Source: Nitrosopumilus sp.
GTDB taxonomy: Archaea; Thermoproteota; Nitrososphaeria; Nitrososphaerales; Nitrosopumilaceae
Direction of reading: 5' to 3'
Assembly: GCA_965204345.1 (NCBI GenBank)
Contig: OZ241981.1
Coordinates: 704,001-768,000, forward strand
DNA: 64,000 nucleotides
Under the pieces are notes generated by a model that searched no databases, had not been told where the DNA came from, and worked only from the letters and a program-made list of their open reading frames with translations. This document shows, one piece after another, positions 1 through 9,562 of this stretch (positions are counted from its first letter, which is position 1; every line of letters starts with the position of its first letter). A program made the position numbers and the translations under genes.

Positions 1-566
1 GTAGTTGATGCGGTAAAGAACCCGTCATTGGATGCTACAGTTACTGTATAATGAATTCCGGATTTGAATCCGCGTTCATCTATTATGAGCAGCTCGGTAG
101 GATACTGGGAGTATTTTTTGCTAAACATTGCAAATATTGGCTCGTCAAGAAACTTTTTCAGATGTGCTGGAATCTCCTCTGGAATGTTGCATATTGGAAA
201 TGGCTCATCACCTTTTGGAATCTTGATTTCAGAAGAGTCTCTGAACGGAAAATTACGACTTTCAATGCCGGTCTTTGGATCAGAGAGGTCAACTATCACT
301 TTTGCGACATTCATATTCAGTGAATCAGATGCAATCTGTCCTATCTTTTCTTCCATCAATGTGGTTTGCTCACGGAATTTTTCCTCATTGCCGCTATTTT
401 TTTGGATTGCAGCCTGCATGTTGATTTCATTTAGGAGCTCTGCATCATTTTTTATTATTTTTGTGTCATTTGCAGAAAATGTGTTACTGCTCTCAAGAAG
501 CAATACTGTAGAAAATACCACAGCTACTATTGCAATTGCACATATTATCAAAAGCTTGGCATTCAT
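1..566 (-). CDS. Secreted/membrane-anchored hypothetical protein, partial (runs off the left edge)
   Basis: Manual translation from ATG at 566 (MNAKLLIICAIAIVAVVFSTVLLL...) stays open to position 1 and has an N-terminal hydrophobic segment; the + strand ORFs here are its antisense shadows. Confidence 0.7.
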   Translation of the reverse strand, partial: MNAKLLIICAIAIVAVVFSTVLLLESSNTFSANDTKIIKNDAELLNEINMQAAIQKNSGNEEKFREQTTLMEEKIGQIASDSLNMNVAKVIVDLSDPKTGIESRNFPFRDSSEIKIPKGDEPFPICNIPEEIPAHLKKFLDEPIFAMFSKKYSQYPTELLIIDERGFKSGIHYTVTVASNDGFFTAST

Positions 567-821
567 TTTTTATTCCAGCAGTTCATACATAATGTCACTT
601 GTAAATAGTTAAGTCTTTTCCAATCAATCATGCTATACATACAGGAATCCGTTTTCGTCTGTGTACAGGCCAAATGCAGAGTATGTTTTTCCAATAGCAT
701 AATTGAGAATACTTGTAACTACTCATATCATTTGATATTCCTAATCTAACTTTCTTTCTAATGACATAGAGTGCACAGAACCAACATTACTATTCTTATA
801 TGCTGAAGTCTTTTCAGTATA

Positions 822-1019
822 GTGATGGCTACAAAATACAGTATACGCGTCAAAAAAGACGGAAGATTTTATGTGGGATACTCTCTAGGGATTCCTCAGG
901 CCCGAGGGCAAGGAAACATCAAAAAAGAAGCAATAGAGGACACAAAAAAAGCCATCAAACTGTGCAAAGGCTTTTTGAGAGAAGAAAAGATAAAGTACGC
1001 CAAGCTAGTCAACGTTTAG
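822..1019 (+). CDS. HicB-like (UPF0150) antitoxin-domain protein
   Basis: 65 aa with the pattern KYSIRVKKDGRFYVG...QG...EAIEDTKKAIKL of HicB N-terminal domains; no hicA seen nearby. Confidence 0.65.
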   Translation: MMATKYSIRVKKDGRFYVGYSLGIPQARGQGNIKKEAIEDTKKAIKLCKGFLREEKIKYAKLVNV

Positions 1020-1200
1020 GTTTGAGCCTTCCAACAAGGATGAAAGGGGTTGCAAATGCCTTGGCAACAAGTTCTTCTCATTGCCAGCCAAAAAAATTGG
1101 CAAATATGTCTATAGGACAATTTAGAAGACATATGGTTCTAGTTCTTAACACATGCCCGAGTCAAGTTTTTACGTATATTCTTTGTATAGATTGTGACAT

Positions 1201-2046
1201 ATGGATATCACAAAGGATACAGAAAATATACGCAAGGGGCTCTCAAATAGGGAAGCTGCGATATTAAGCATACTTGCCAAGGATGGCAAATCAATCATAG
1301 GATACAAGGACATCTCAAATGCCATAGACATGTCTTATCAAAATGCCAGAAAGACTGTAGAGAGATTATCCAAGAAAAAGTGGCTGATACCAGTAGCAAA
1401 TGGAAAGTACCTTATCTCGCCATTAAGTGCAGGAATGGAATCTGAATACACAGAACATGAATTTGTCATGGCATCCAATCTTGCAACAGGCAAGCAACAT
1501 TACATTGCATATTGGACTGCCTTGAACCACTATGGATATACGGAGCAGACTCCATTTACTGTCTTTGTTGCAACTACTTCGAGAATAACAGACACTAGTG
1601 TTCACGGGGTAAACTATAAGTTTATCACGATAAATAAAACAAAATTCTTTGGTACAAGGAATCACTTTATTGGAAATAAGAAAGTTATAGTTTCAGACAA
1701 AAACAAGACAATGGCAGATGCCTTGGATCATCCAGAGCATTGCGGCGGAATAGAAGAGGTTGCAAAATGCCTGTGGAATGCAAAAGACGACATATCATTT
1801 GAAAAGATTGTCAGTTACTCAAAAAAAATACAAAACAGCACAGCAATCAAAAGACTCGGATACCTGATTGACGTACTTGAGATAGATGTGCCTTTTTCTT
1901 TGTATGATCAGATGCGTGAGTCAATTGGTTCCGGATATTCCTTGCTGAATCCTAATTCAACAAAAAATAAAGGATCCAATTCAAAGTGGAGGCTGTTTGT
2001 AAACACGTCATCAGATGCCATACTTGAGGCAAAATCTACGACATAG
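1201..2046 (+). CDS. Type IV TA antitoxin AbiEi-like transcriptional regulator (COG5340-like)
   Basis: N-terminal wHTH (RLSKKKWL...GKY), YIAYWTALNHYGYTEQ, SDKNKTMADALDHPEHCGGIEEV and KRLGYL motifs. Confidence 0.85.
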   Translation: MDITKDTENIRKGLSNREAAILSILAKDGKSIIGYKDISNAIDMSYQNARKTVERLSKKKWLIPVANGKYLISPLSAGMESEYTEHEFVMASNLATGKQHYIAYWTALNHYGYTEQTPFTVFVATTSRITDTSVHGVNYKFITINKTKFFGTRNHFIGNKKVIVSDKNKTMADALDHPEHCGGIEEVAKCLWNAKDDISFEKIVSYSKKIQNSTAIKRLGYLIDVLEIDVPFSLYDQMRESIGSGYSLLNPNSTKNKGSNSKWRLFVNTSSDAILEAKSTT

Positions 2047-2085
2047 GTATTTGAAATTCTTGCCAGTAAACAGATACGGTAAGAA

Positions 2086-2520
2086 TTAAGTTTTTGTAAA
2101 GTTTTCTGCAGGGAAAGACATGTTTTTTGCTATTTCTAAATTGAGTGCACTGGCAATTTCTTTTATTCTAGCAATATTTGCAGTTTCATAATCAGTTGAT
2201 TCATATCGTTGAATTTGTTGTTCTGCTAATCCAATTAATTCTCCTAATTTTTTTTGGCTTAAACCAAGAGAGATCCTTGCCTTGATCAAAGTTTTTGGTA
2301 GTTGATCAATAGAGTTTAATTCAAAAACTGGAACCATTCCAGATTTTAAATCATCGTATTCATCAATTTCTTGTTTAAGATCAGTCATTTGACTTTGTAT
2401 TGCACTTTTTTCTAGTTCAGTTAAGGGAGTAGTATCCTTCTTTTCTAGATTCAAGAGGGTTTCTTTAAATTTGTCCAAATGAGATTTGGTTATTTTGTAT
2501 TGTCTTTCATTTTTTATCAT
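2086..2520 (-). CDS. XRE-family HTH protein, probably C-terminally truncated
   Basis: MIKNERQY N-terminus and LIKARISLGLSQKKLGELIGLAEQQIQRYE HTH; start overlaps the stop of the upstream DUF6932-like remnant (ATGA). Confidence 0.8.
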   Translation of the reverse strand: MIKNERQYKITKSHLDKFKETLLNLEKKDTTPLTELEKSAIQSQMTDLKQEIDEYDDLKSGMVPVFELNSIDQLPKTLIKARISLGLSQKKLGELIGLAEQQIQRYESTDYETANIARIKEIASALNLEIAKNMSFPAENFTKT

Positions 2521-2721
2521 GATAATTCCTCCAAATCAATTGATATGATTCCCTTAGGATCACCGGATTCTTTGTCTTGTTGAAAAAAATCCATCATAGT
2601 TCCAGACCCTCAAGATTTGATTTTGGTAATAATCGGTTCCAAACCGTTCTGAAATCTCTTCCCAAGTTGCAGTATGTATTCTGTGAGGTGAATTTTCTTG
2701 TCTGTTGAATTCTGCAATCAT
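2517..2721 (-). pseudogene. Internally deleted DUF6932-like gene
   Basis: N-terminus MIAEFNRQENSPHRIHTATWEEISERFG joined out of frame to C-terminus MDFFQQDKESGDPKGIISIDLEELS*; both resemble the ends of DUF6932 proteins and the core is missing. Confidence 0.65.
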
Positions 2722-2722
2722 T

Positions 2723-2748
2723 ATAACACAACATTATTGTTGTGTTAT
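2723..2748. promoter_or_regulatory. Perfect inverted repeat, candidate operator
   Basis: ATAACACAACA-TTAT-TGTTGTGTTAT lies between a TATA-like AT run (2751-2760) and the ATG at 2721. Confidence 0.6.
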
Positions 2749-3765
2749 TAAAATATAAAAAAATTTTGAACTGTCAGGCGTAAAAAACAGGGTTTGTCAA
2801 TTTCATTGTTATTAATAGAATATTAACAATATATGAAAAATTTGTGTAACTTTAATTTTTGAAACTAGATCTCAATCTTTGATACATGTAAGACTAGAAA
2901 GAATTTTCCACATTGTTCAATCTTAGGGGCTTTTCAAGTGTAATAATCTAGAAACCACACTATGAGATTTTTTGATAATTGTGGTTTGGTAATTTTTAAG
3001 AAAATCATCTCTTGCAATTTGCCGTTAGATTTCAGTAATTAATTTATCAAAATTTATCAAACCCAAAGTACAGAAACAAGAAGACAAGATTATATCATTT
3101 AACTAAATTTGCAAAACATCATAAACAAAATCAATTGATTCTATTCTGAATATTGAAAATGCTAAACTAAGAAAGAATCAAAGCGACGGAGTTTAGGCGT
3201 AAAATCACTGATTTTGATAAATAAAATAGGGCAAAACACACAAAGAAACTGATGATTACTGTACTTTTGTTCATTAGATCTAGTGTTTGGTCATTGGGTT
3301 TGCCTTCAAGATGAAAAATTCAGAAAAGAAATCAGACTTGCAAATAAGATGATATTATCAAATCTTTACCGCGTATCTGGCTGGTATGTTTGTTTGACAA
3401 AAGATAAGCACTTGTAACATAGTCTATTAGATCACATATAGGTCAACACTCAAAGTTCTCTTTAATATAACATCTTAATTGCTGACAAGAAATGAAATTC
3501 ATCATACGCTGCACAATAAAGCGACAATTATGATAGATTCAATGTATATTTACAAACTTCAAAACCATGTCACGTATTCTTAAGTGTCCATAGACAGTAT
3601 TAATGATCATGTGTTTGTAAAGATCATCCCGACCATTGGTGGATGTTCGACTCGGCGCAAAACGTTGAAATTCATGTAAAATACGTCGTTGGTTTGTATC
3701 TGTAGATTCTACCCCAAATACAATTAATCCAACAGAATATAAGATCTTATGAATTGTTTTATCTA

Positions 3766-4116
3766 TTAGAACCCAAATATTATTGAATAAACTAATGTGG
3801 TAGTAGTTATGAGTAATGCTCCAATTGGAACAAGAATCTGAACTGCATCTTTAAACCTTTTAAATCGAATATTGTTAAGAATTGTTTCTCCAAAATCTGT
3901 AAGTATCAAATTATCATTTTCACCTGCGGTTATCATTTTTTTATTTCTGTACACATCTTCATGATCTTCTCCTTCCATTTCAAAGCCATAGGACATTTTA
4001 TCTACATATTTTTGAAATAGTTCTGGAGTAGGTTTGTTGTTTTTCACATATTTCAAAACAATAGAAACATGTAATTCATCCCATTCATTCATCTCTCTTT
4101 TTTTGTCATTAATCAA
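3766..4116 (-). CDS. Hypothetical protein with a C-terminal TM helix
   Basis: 116-aa ORF with a wHTH-like LILTDFGE motif and a hydrophobic C-terminus. Confidence 0.55.
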   Translation of the reverse strand: MINDKKREMNEWDELHVSIVLKYVKNNKPTPELFQKYVDKMSYGFEMEGEDHEDVYRNKKMITAGENDNLILTDFGETILNNIRFKRFKDAVQILVPIGALLITTTTLVYSIIFGF

Positions 4117-4171
4117 TAATTAATCTATAATGTTGATTCTTTTTACACATATTGTTCTACTTTACAATTAG

Positions 4172-4885
4172 ATGAACAAGATAATCATTATTACTGATAT
4201 TCATAATAATTACATGACAGCAGAAAAAAAATTATTTCCAAAGAAAATCCTAACAAAATCATATTCTTAGGAGACTATTTTGATGATTTTGACGATACCA
4301 TGCAAGATGCAATAAACACTGCAAAATGGCTCAAAAAATCATTAAAACAAGAAAATAGAACACATCTGATTGGAAATCATGATTTGAGCTACATGACAAA
4401 TATCCAAATCTCAAGTGTTCATGATATAAAACATACAAACATAAAACAATTAAAGAGATCGATATTAAATGGAATAAATTATTGATACATTACTGGATTG
4501 ATGATAAATGGTTGTGCACTCATGCAGGATTCTCAAATGATTTTTTTTCAAGCAACAATGAAACAAAAAATATGATTCTATCCAAAAAATATTAGATTCT
4601 TCAAAAAAGGATTTAGAAAAAATTGATGATGAAGATTATATTCATTCATTTTTTCAGGTAGGATTTTCTCGTGAGGGCTCAAATGTAGTTGGAGGACCGT
4701 TGTGGTGTGATTATAACGAATTTGTAGATGTTCCTAGAATAAATCAGATTTTTGGGCATACTCCAAATCAATTTGTACGACACAATGAAAATAAGAATTC
4801 TGAACACCATTGTATAGATACCAAACTAAATCATTATGCTATATATCAAAAAGATACTGTGCAAATCAAATCCATATCCAGTTAA
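4172..4885 (+). pseudogene. Calcineurin-like metallophosphoesterase, multiply frameshifted
   Basis: Motifs TDIH, FLGDYFD, IGNHD, THAG, GPLW and IFGHTP occur in order but across different frames. Confidence 0.8.
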
Positions 4886-5063
4886 CAATTAGCATGGAAG
4901 AACAGCATGGAAAATATTTTAACCGATGATTGATTATTGCATTTAGAGCAAATCTTTGTTCTTGGTGGATGTTGAGGTGTCAATCGCTTTGCAGATTACA
5001 TTCCAGTCCAAAACTTGAGTTGCTTTGCAACTCAGGCTCTTATTATTTGGGAATTTCCAAATT

Positions 5064-6602
5064 TTACATGTAATACATGTACTTGTTTTTTGGTGTAGAT
5101 TCAGAAGGCATCTCTCTTAAAATTTTTCCAACCTGTCTTGAAAAATGTAAAGTAATAGGTAAATTACTTGCAAAATTTGCATTATTCCAATTTAGTTTAG
5201 TCAGAGCTAAAATTTCTGCACTAATTTTTTCAGGTAATGTATCTCCTATATGTTGAATTATTTCTAAAGGTCGTGGAACATGAGGTCCAGGATAAAGTTT
5301 CATGAATGGGATGTAGCCATTGGTATACAATAACCAACTTTTATCCGGCAATGTAATCATGGTTCCTCTTAATACTGCATGATATCCTTCTCTAAACAAT
5401 CGAATATTCCTTGATCTATTTAGTATTGCAACAAGATCAAATCTTGGAATATCTCCAATTGCTTTTTTGAAACCACTTATTTCTGCATCTTCAAATTTTG
5501 ATGATTTGTGAATTACAACTCGTGTGGGAGATCTACCGCCTGTTTGTTTTGTAAACAAATCGATTGCTGCTTTGATTAATTTTTCAGCTGCCTCTTCTTT
5601 CAAATGAGGTGCATGTCCTCTAGTCCAAGGAAATCTTTCGCCTCGAATAACTAAGCCTTCGCCTTCAGGTGTAAACACTTGAGCCAAACTAGTGCCCATA
5701 CCTCCACCATAAATTTCCTTAGCTTTGAAAAAAGATATTCCAACAAAACAGGTATCTGTTGTAAATAAAGTAGGTCTCCATAATCGTCCTCCAGATTTAT
5801 ACAAAAGTGCAATTGCTAAATTCCATGCAAATGTGGCATCATCCTGTAGTCCTTTTTGTCCTATTTTTCTCTCTTTTGCAGTAATCACATCTAGCGTGTC
5901 TGGAAGAATAAATTGTGTTAAAAGATCGAATTTCATTGCTTGAGCTTTTAGTAAATGATGAAAATTATCTGCACTAATGCTGATGAGATATCTTTCTCTT
6001 TCTTTTTTGTATTCTTCTGGCATAAAATCAAACATAGTACTTTGATCTACACTTACAAGAAGATGTTTTTTTTCAGCGTTTGATTTTTTTCGTCTGCCTC
6101 TAGTTCTTACATCTTTATCTGAAATACATAACCTCATCAATTCTTTTGGAGGTGCACAAATAACAATATTTGGAACTTCCTCTCGTTCTGCAATGTTAGA
6201 AAGATACGCAATGAAAATTTCAACACCTGTAGCAATTCGTTCTTCAACTTTTGGGATATTTTCCAGTGCTTCTATCTCTTTTGTAGTAATTGTTTGATAC
6301 CATTTTTCATTTGTGATTATTTCACATTTGAATGGATGTGATGATGAAAATCCCGGAAAATCAGGAGTCCATGTAGGATTTTTGTCAGGTCCTTCAATCG
6401 GTGTTTGTATTCTTTCAATAATTGCTTTAGTTTGTTCTATTGTTGTTTTATCACCAATTATTCCTACACGAATAGAATTTTTTGTTATTGAATATGGACC
6501 ATACAATGAAATTCCTGTTTTAGGATCAATTGATGGGAATGAGCCTCCAAAAAGAAGTTCAGGTTCTGAGACAATAGTAGTTTTAACTTCACTAAACGTC
6601 AT
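5064..6602 (-). CDS. Short prokaryotic Argonaute (MID-PIWI), catalytically inactive
   Basis: EPELLFG, DPKTGISLYGPY, NFHHLLKA, AWNLAIALLYKSGG, ALTKLNWNN, LPITL and a C-terminal YMYYM; catalytic positions read VGISF and IHKSS instead of GID and RDG. ATG at 6602 overlaps the end of the upstream gene. Confidence 0.93.
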   Translation of the reverse strand: MTFSEVKTTIVSEPELLFGGSFPSIDPKTGISLYGPYSITKNSIRVGIIGDKTTIEQTKAIIERIQTPIEGPDKNPTWTPDFPGFSSSHPFKCEIITNEKWYQTITTKEIEALENIPKVEERIATGVEIFIAYLSNIAEREEVPNIVICAPPKELMRLCISDKDVRTRGRRKKSNAEKKHLLVSVDQSTMFDFMPEEYKKERERYLISISADNFHHLLKAQAMKFDLLTQFILPDTLDVITAKERKIGQKGLQDDATFAWNLAIALLYKSGGRLWRPTLFTTDTCFVGISFFKAKEIYGGGMGTSLAQVFTPEGEGLVIRGERFPWTRGHAPHLKEEAAEKLIKAAIDLFTKQTGGRSPTRVVIHKSSKFEDAEISGFKKAIGDIPRFDLVAILNRSRNIRLFREGYHAVLRGTMITLPDKSWLLYTNGYIPFMKLYPGPHVPRPLEIIQHIGDTLPEKISAEILALTKLNWNNANFASNLPITLHFSRQVGKILREMPSESTPKNKYMYYM

Positions 6603-8016
6603 TGTACTCAACTCCTTTGACATCTTCGTCCAAGTCTTCATCAGTAATTATTATTTCTGAATCATCTTCTTCTTCAATTAGCGGTGGAGGTTCTTCAATT
6701 ACGTCCGGAAGTGGTTTATGATCCCCAAAAACACCATATGACGTTTTGAAAGATAAAGGTCTGAAATTAATTTCAATAGGAGTATCCACAGATCCCATTG
6801 TTATTTTTGTTCCATCTGACAAAACCCACGCCCAGAATCTCATCTCATCGAATTCAATATCATTTTTTAAACGTGATTGCAGTCGGGTACTCAATACTGA
6901 ACGTCTTTTACCCTTAATCAAAACAGAACCATCTATTGAAAATTCCCATCCTGATTCAATTTGTAAAAATAACTCATTTCCTAAAATTTGAAATCGTAAT
7001 CCAGCTGCTCTATGTCTATAAAAATAAGTTGTTAACTCACCTGTTTCTTCATTTTTCTTGGAATATGGAATAATTAATCCACGTTTCCCTTTTCTGACAT
7101 GTGCAGTCCAAGAAAGTTTTTCATTCGTAATGATTTTTTTGTCTCCATAGAACTGTTTACTAGTTTTGTCAAAATACAATCCAATCTTTCGAGTAAATCT
7201 TTTTGTTTCACTAGACAAAAGATCAATAAGCCATCTTGATTTATCATCATGACTGAACCATTCTTTTACATTGACAGATTTTATTTCATGTGTATCAACA
7301 GCTAACCGTAATTTATTTACGCCTTCATTTAAATTTGAAAAAGTATACAAATATTTTTCTCGTAACACAAATGGTTCAATATCATTTCCAAGTTGTCTAT
7401 ACACTGCACTTTTTTCCCAAAATATTGTTGGTGCAGCCCAAATTACTGAAGGTAACTTTGTTACAGCAAATAAATTTGTGTGAATCACCTCATCTATTTT
7501 GTCTGGTAATGATGTTGTATTTTCTAAAAGTAGTGAAGGGCCAGATTCTGTAACTATCTTACTGCCAGGTGTTTTTCCACCTCTAGGTAATGGTTCACCT
7601 CTTATTGTACTTAGTAATCGTTGCATTTCTGTTTTGAATTTAGATTTTTCTCGCAAATCAATTCTATTTCGTATTGCAAGTAATGGTGGAACTTTACATG
7701 GTTTTACAAGTATGGGTATTACCCGCCCTAATCTACCAGAAGGATCAGCAAGTAATGATGCAGCTCTTTCAGCAATAGGCCATTCAGCATTTAGTGCTTC
7801 AGGGGACAATATCAAAGCAAAGAATTTTGCTTTTTTCAAACCTTCATCAACACTATTGATAAAATTATCTCCAGGAACAATATCCCATGGAGCAAAGAAA
7901 ACACGAATATTCCTATCATCTATTTTTTCATTTTCCAGATATTCTCCTATCTTTTTAGCAATTTCTTTATCTGCTTGATTATATGAAATGAATATGTCTT
8001 TTTCTCTTAAATTCAT
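6592..8016 (-). CDS. TIR-APAZ effector protein
   Basis: N-terminal TIR (DIFISY, DIVPGD, ILSP, EWPIAE with the putative catalytic Glu, IPIL, IDLR); C-terminal APAZ-like region (TNLF..LP, YRHRA, LFLQI..GW.F..DG, FW); coupled to the short pAgo. Confidence 0.9.
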   Translation of the reverse strand: MNLREKDIFISYNQADKEIAKKIGEYLENEKIDDRNIRVFFAPWDIVPGDNFINSVDEGLKKAKFFALILSPEALNAEWPIAERAASLLADPSGRLGRVIPILVKPCKVPPLLAIRNRIDLREKSKFKTEMQRLLSTIRGEPLPRGGKTPGSKIVTESGPSLLLENTTSLPDKIDEVIHTNLFAVTKLPSVIWAAPTIFWEKSAVYRQLGNDIEPFVLREKYLYTFSNLNEGVNKLRLAVDTHEIKSVNVKEWFSHDDKSRWLIDLLSSETKRFTRKIGLYFDKTSKQFYGDKKIITNEKLSWTAHVRKGKRGLIIPYSKKNEETGELTTYFYRHRAAGLRFQILGNELFLQIESGWEFSIDGSVLIKGKRRSVLSTRLQSRLKNDIEFDEMRFWAWVLSDGTKITMGSVDTPIEINFRPLSFKTSYGVFGDHKPLPDVIEEPPPLIEEEDDSEIIITDEDLDEDVKGVEYNDV

Positions 8017-8232
8017 AAAATTATACCTCGTATATGCTTTTTATGAGATTTGTATTCATTTAGGAGTGTTATGACCATGAGATCACTTATTCTATTTTAG
8101 ATCCTCAAGTATTGGATCGATCAATTCTGTTAACAATGTAGTGAGATCATTTGATCCAACATTCATCGTACTGTTACAATAAATTTCGTAAGGCATCAAA
8201 TCAAGGTAATTGTGTAATTACCTAAATCCAAA

Positions 8233-9312
8233 TTAAGAACCTTCATTATACAGCCTCAATTTTTCTTTAATGCTTCTGGCGTCTGCCTTTATCTCTTTTG
8301 TCCTCATGGCCTCAAGCAGTCTTATTGGCTCATCTATTGTCTTTGTTTTATGTGCAACTATGCTGCGTAATATGCGCAGTATGCCAAGTATCTTGCCGCC
8401 AAACTTGTACTTTCGTGCAAGAAACAGCAACACATCATAGTTTATTTTTGGATTCTTTGCGATAATTATTGGGATGGCCTCCATTCTTCTTGCATTACCA
8501 TGAAACATTATTGATGATATTACATACTCTATGCAAAACAGTTTTCCTTGTTTGACTGTGGGACCTATCTCAGTATATCCAAACCTTGCAAGATTGAACA
8601 CAATGTCTTCCTCAGGTATTTTGGCAGGGTTTATCTCGTGTAAAATTGCAGATATCTTGATTCCTTTCTCTGTTATGCTTTTTACTTCCAGCCAAAAGCC
8701 CTGGGGATGCAGTATTGCAATTTTGTTGTGTAGCATCTCCCTAATCGTGTTGTGCTCATTTGATTTGAGCAAGTCAGCAAACATTTTATTTTCCAGTGTA
8801 AGGTAATCTATCCTTATGTTATGCATTTGTTGTAAGGTTTCCATTATTGTATGAATTCCAATCTTTGTCTCTTCAACTGCCTTTTTGTTGTCGGATTTTT
8901 TTAGATGAATCAGTACTTCTGCTTTGTTTAGCCTTGTGTTTTTTTCAGGATATATTAATAGTACGTGGGATATCAGAGCAACATTACGCAGATGCATGTC
9001 AATTTTTAGCATGAGCATCTGCATCTCTTGTTTTCCTTTCAGAAAATCATGCTTGCGCTTGAGCTCCATCTCTGCAAGCATACCAATTATCATATAGTTA
9101 TCAAAGTTAGGCGATACCAGCAATGACCTGCCAGCCTTTGTGAGCATCAGAATTTCTTCTTCTCTGTCAAGTTCCTTGATCTTTTCATGTATGTTGGCAT
9201 AATATGCTCTACCATGTATTTGATCTATACTTTTTGTAATCTCATTGATAGACATGGGGATGCCCAATCTTCTTGACAATATATCCAGTATTCTGTATGT
9301 TGCTTCATCCAT
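8233..9312 (-). CDS. wHTH plus degenerate nucleotidyltransferase-like and C-terminal helical domains
   Basis: N-terminal wHTH (MSINEITK...YYANIHEKIKEL); the middle (RIDYLTL..F.DLLKS...REMLHNKIAI) resembles archaeal wHTH-MNT proteins but lacks GS..DxD. Confidence 0.5.
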   Translation of the reverse strand: MDEATYRILDILSRRLGIPMSINEITKSIDQIHGRAYYANIHEKIKELDREEEILMLTKAGRSLLVSPNFDNYMIIGMLAEMELKRKHDFLKGKQEMQMLMLKIDMHLRNVALISHVLLIYPEKNTRLNKAEVLIHLKKSDNKKAVEETKIGIHTIMETLQQMHNIRIDYLTLENKMFADLLKSNEHNTIREMLHNKIAILHPQGFWLEVKSITEKGIKISAILHEINPAKIPEEDIVFNLARFGYTEIGPTVKQGKLFCIEYVISSIMFHGNARRMEAIPIIIAKNPKINYDVLLFLARKYKFGGKILGILRILRSIVAHKTKTIDEPIRLLEAMRTKEIKADARSIKEKLRLYNEGS

Positions 9313-9334
9313 TGTTCTTACTATTATAATAATC

Positions 9335-9352
9335 AACTATAATATTATAGTT
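9335..9352. promoter_or_regulatory. Perfect 18-bp palindrome, candidate operator
   Basis: AACTATAATATTATAGTT about 22 bp upstream of the ATG at 9312. Confidence 0.5.
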
Positions 9353-9562
9353 TTTACTATATATATCAAATTCTTCTGACCAGACTCGAACCAACATACA
9401 CATCATTCCTGTCATCACCGCGGAGCTCTAAATAACAAGACGTCGACGCATGTCTCATTATAGTTGATGGCAAAAATAAATGGATCTATTGTACGAAAAT
9501 TATGTCCGCCTAAGCTCAGGCTTCAGACAAGGAATTATTACCATATATACCGATCACGAATA

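Noticed and set aside
51-612. + strand ORFs 51-323 and 64-612
   Set aside because: Antisense shadows of the minus-strand gene starting at 566
800-1267. 155-aa ORF overlapping the HicB-like gene
   Set aside because: Alternative frame with no motif; overlaps two better-supported genes
9372-9395. GGTTCGAGTC on the minus strand, suggesting a tRNA fragment or att site
   Set aside because: T-stem pairs only through G-U, and no acceptor or anticodon arm is recognisable
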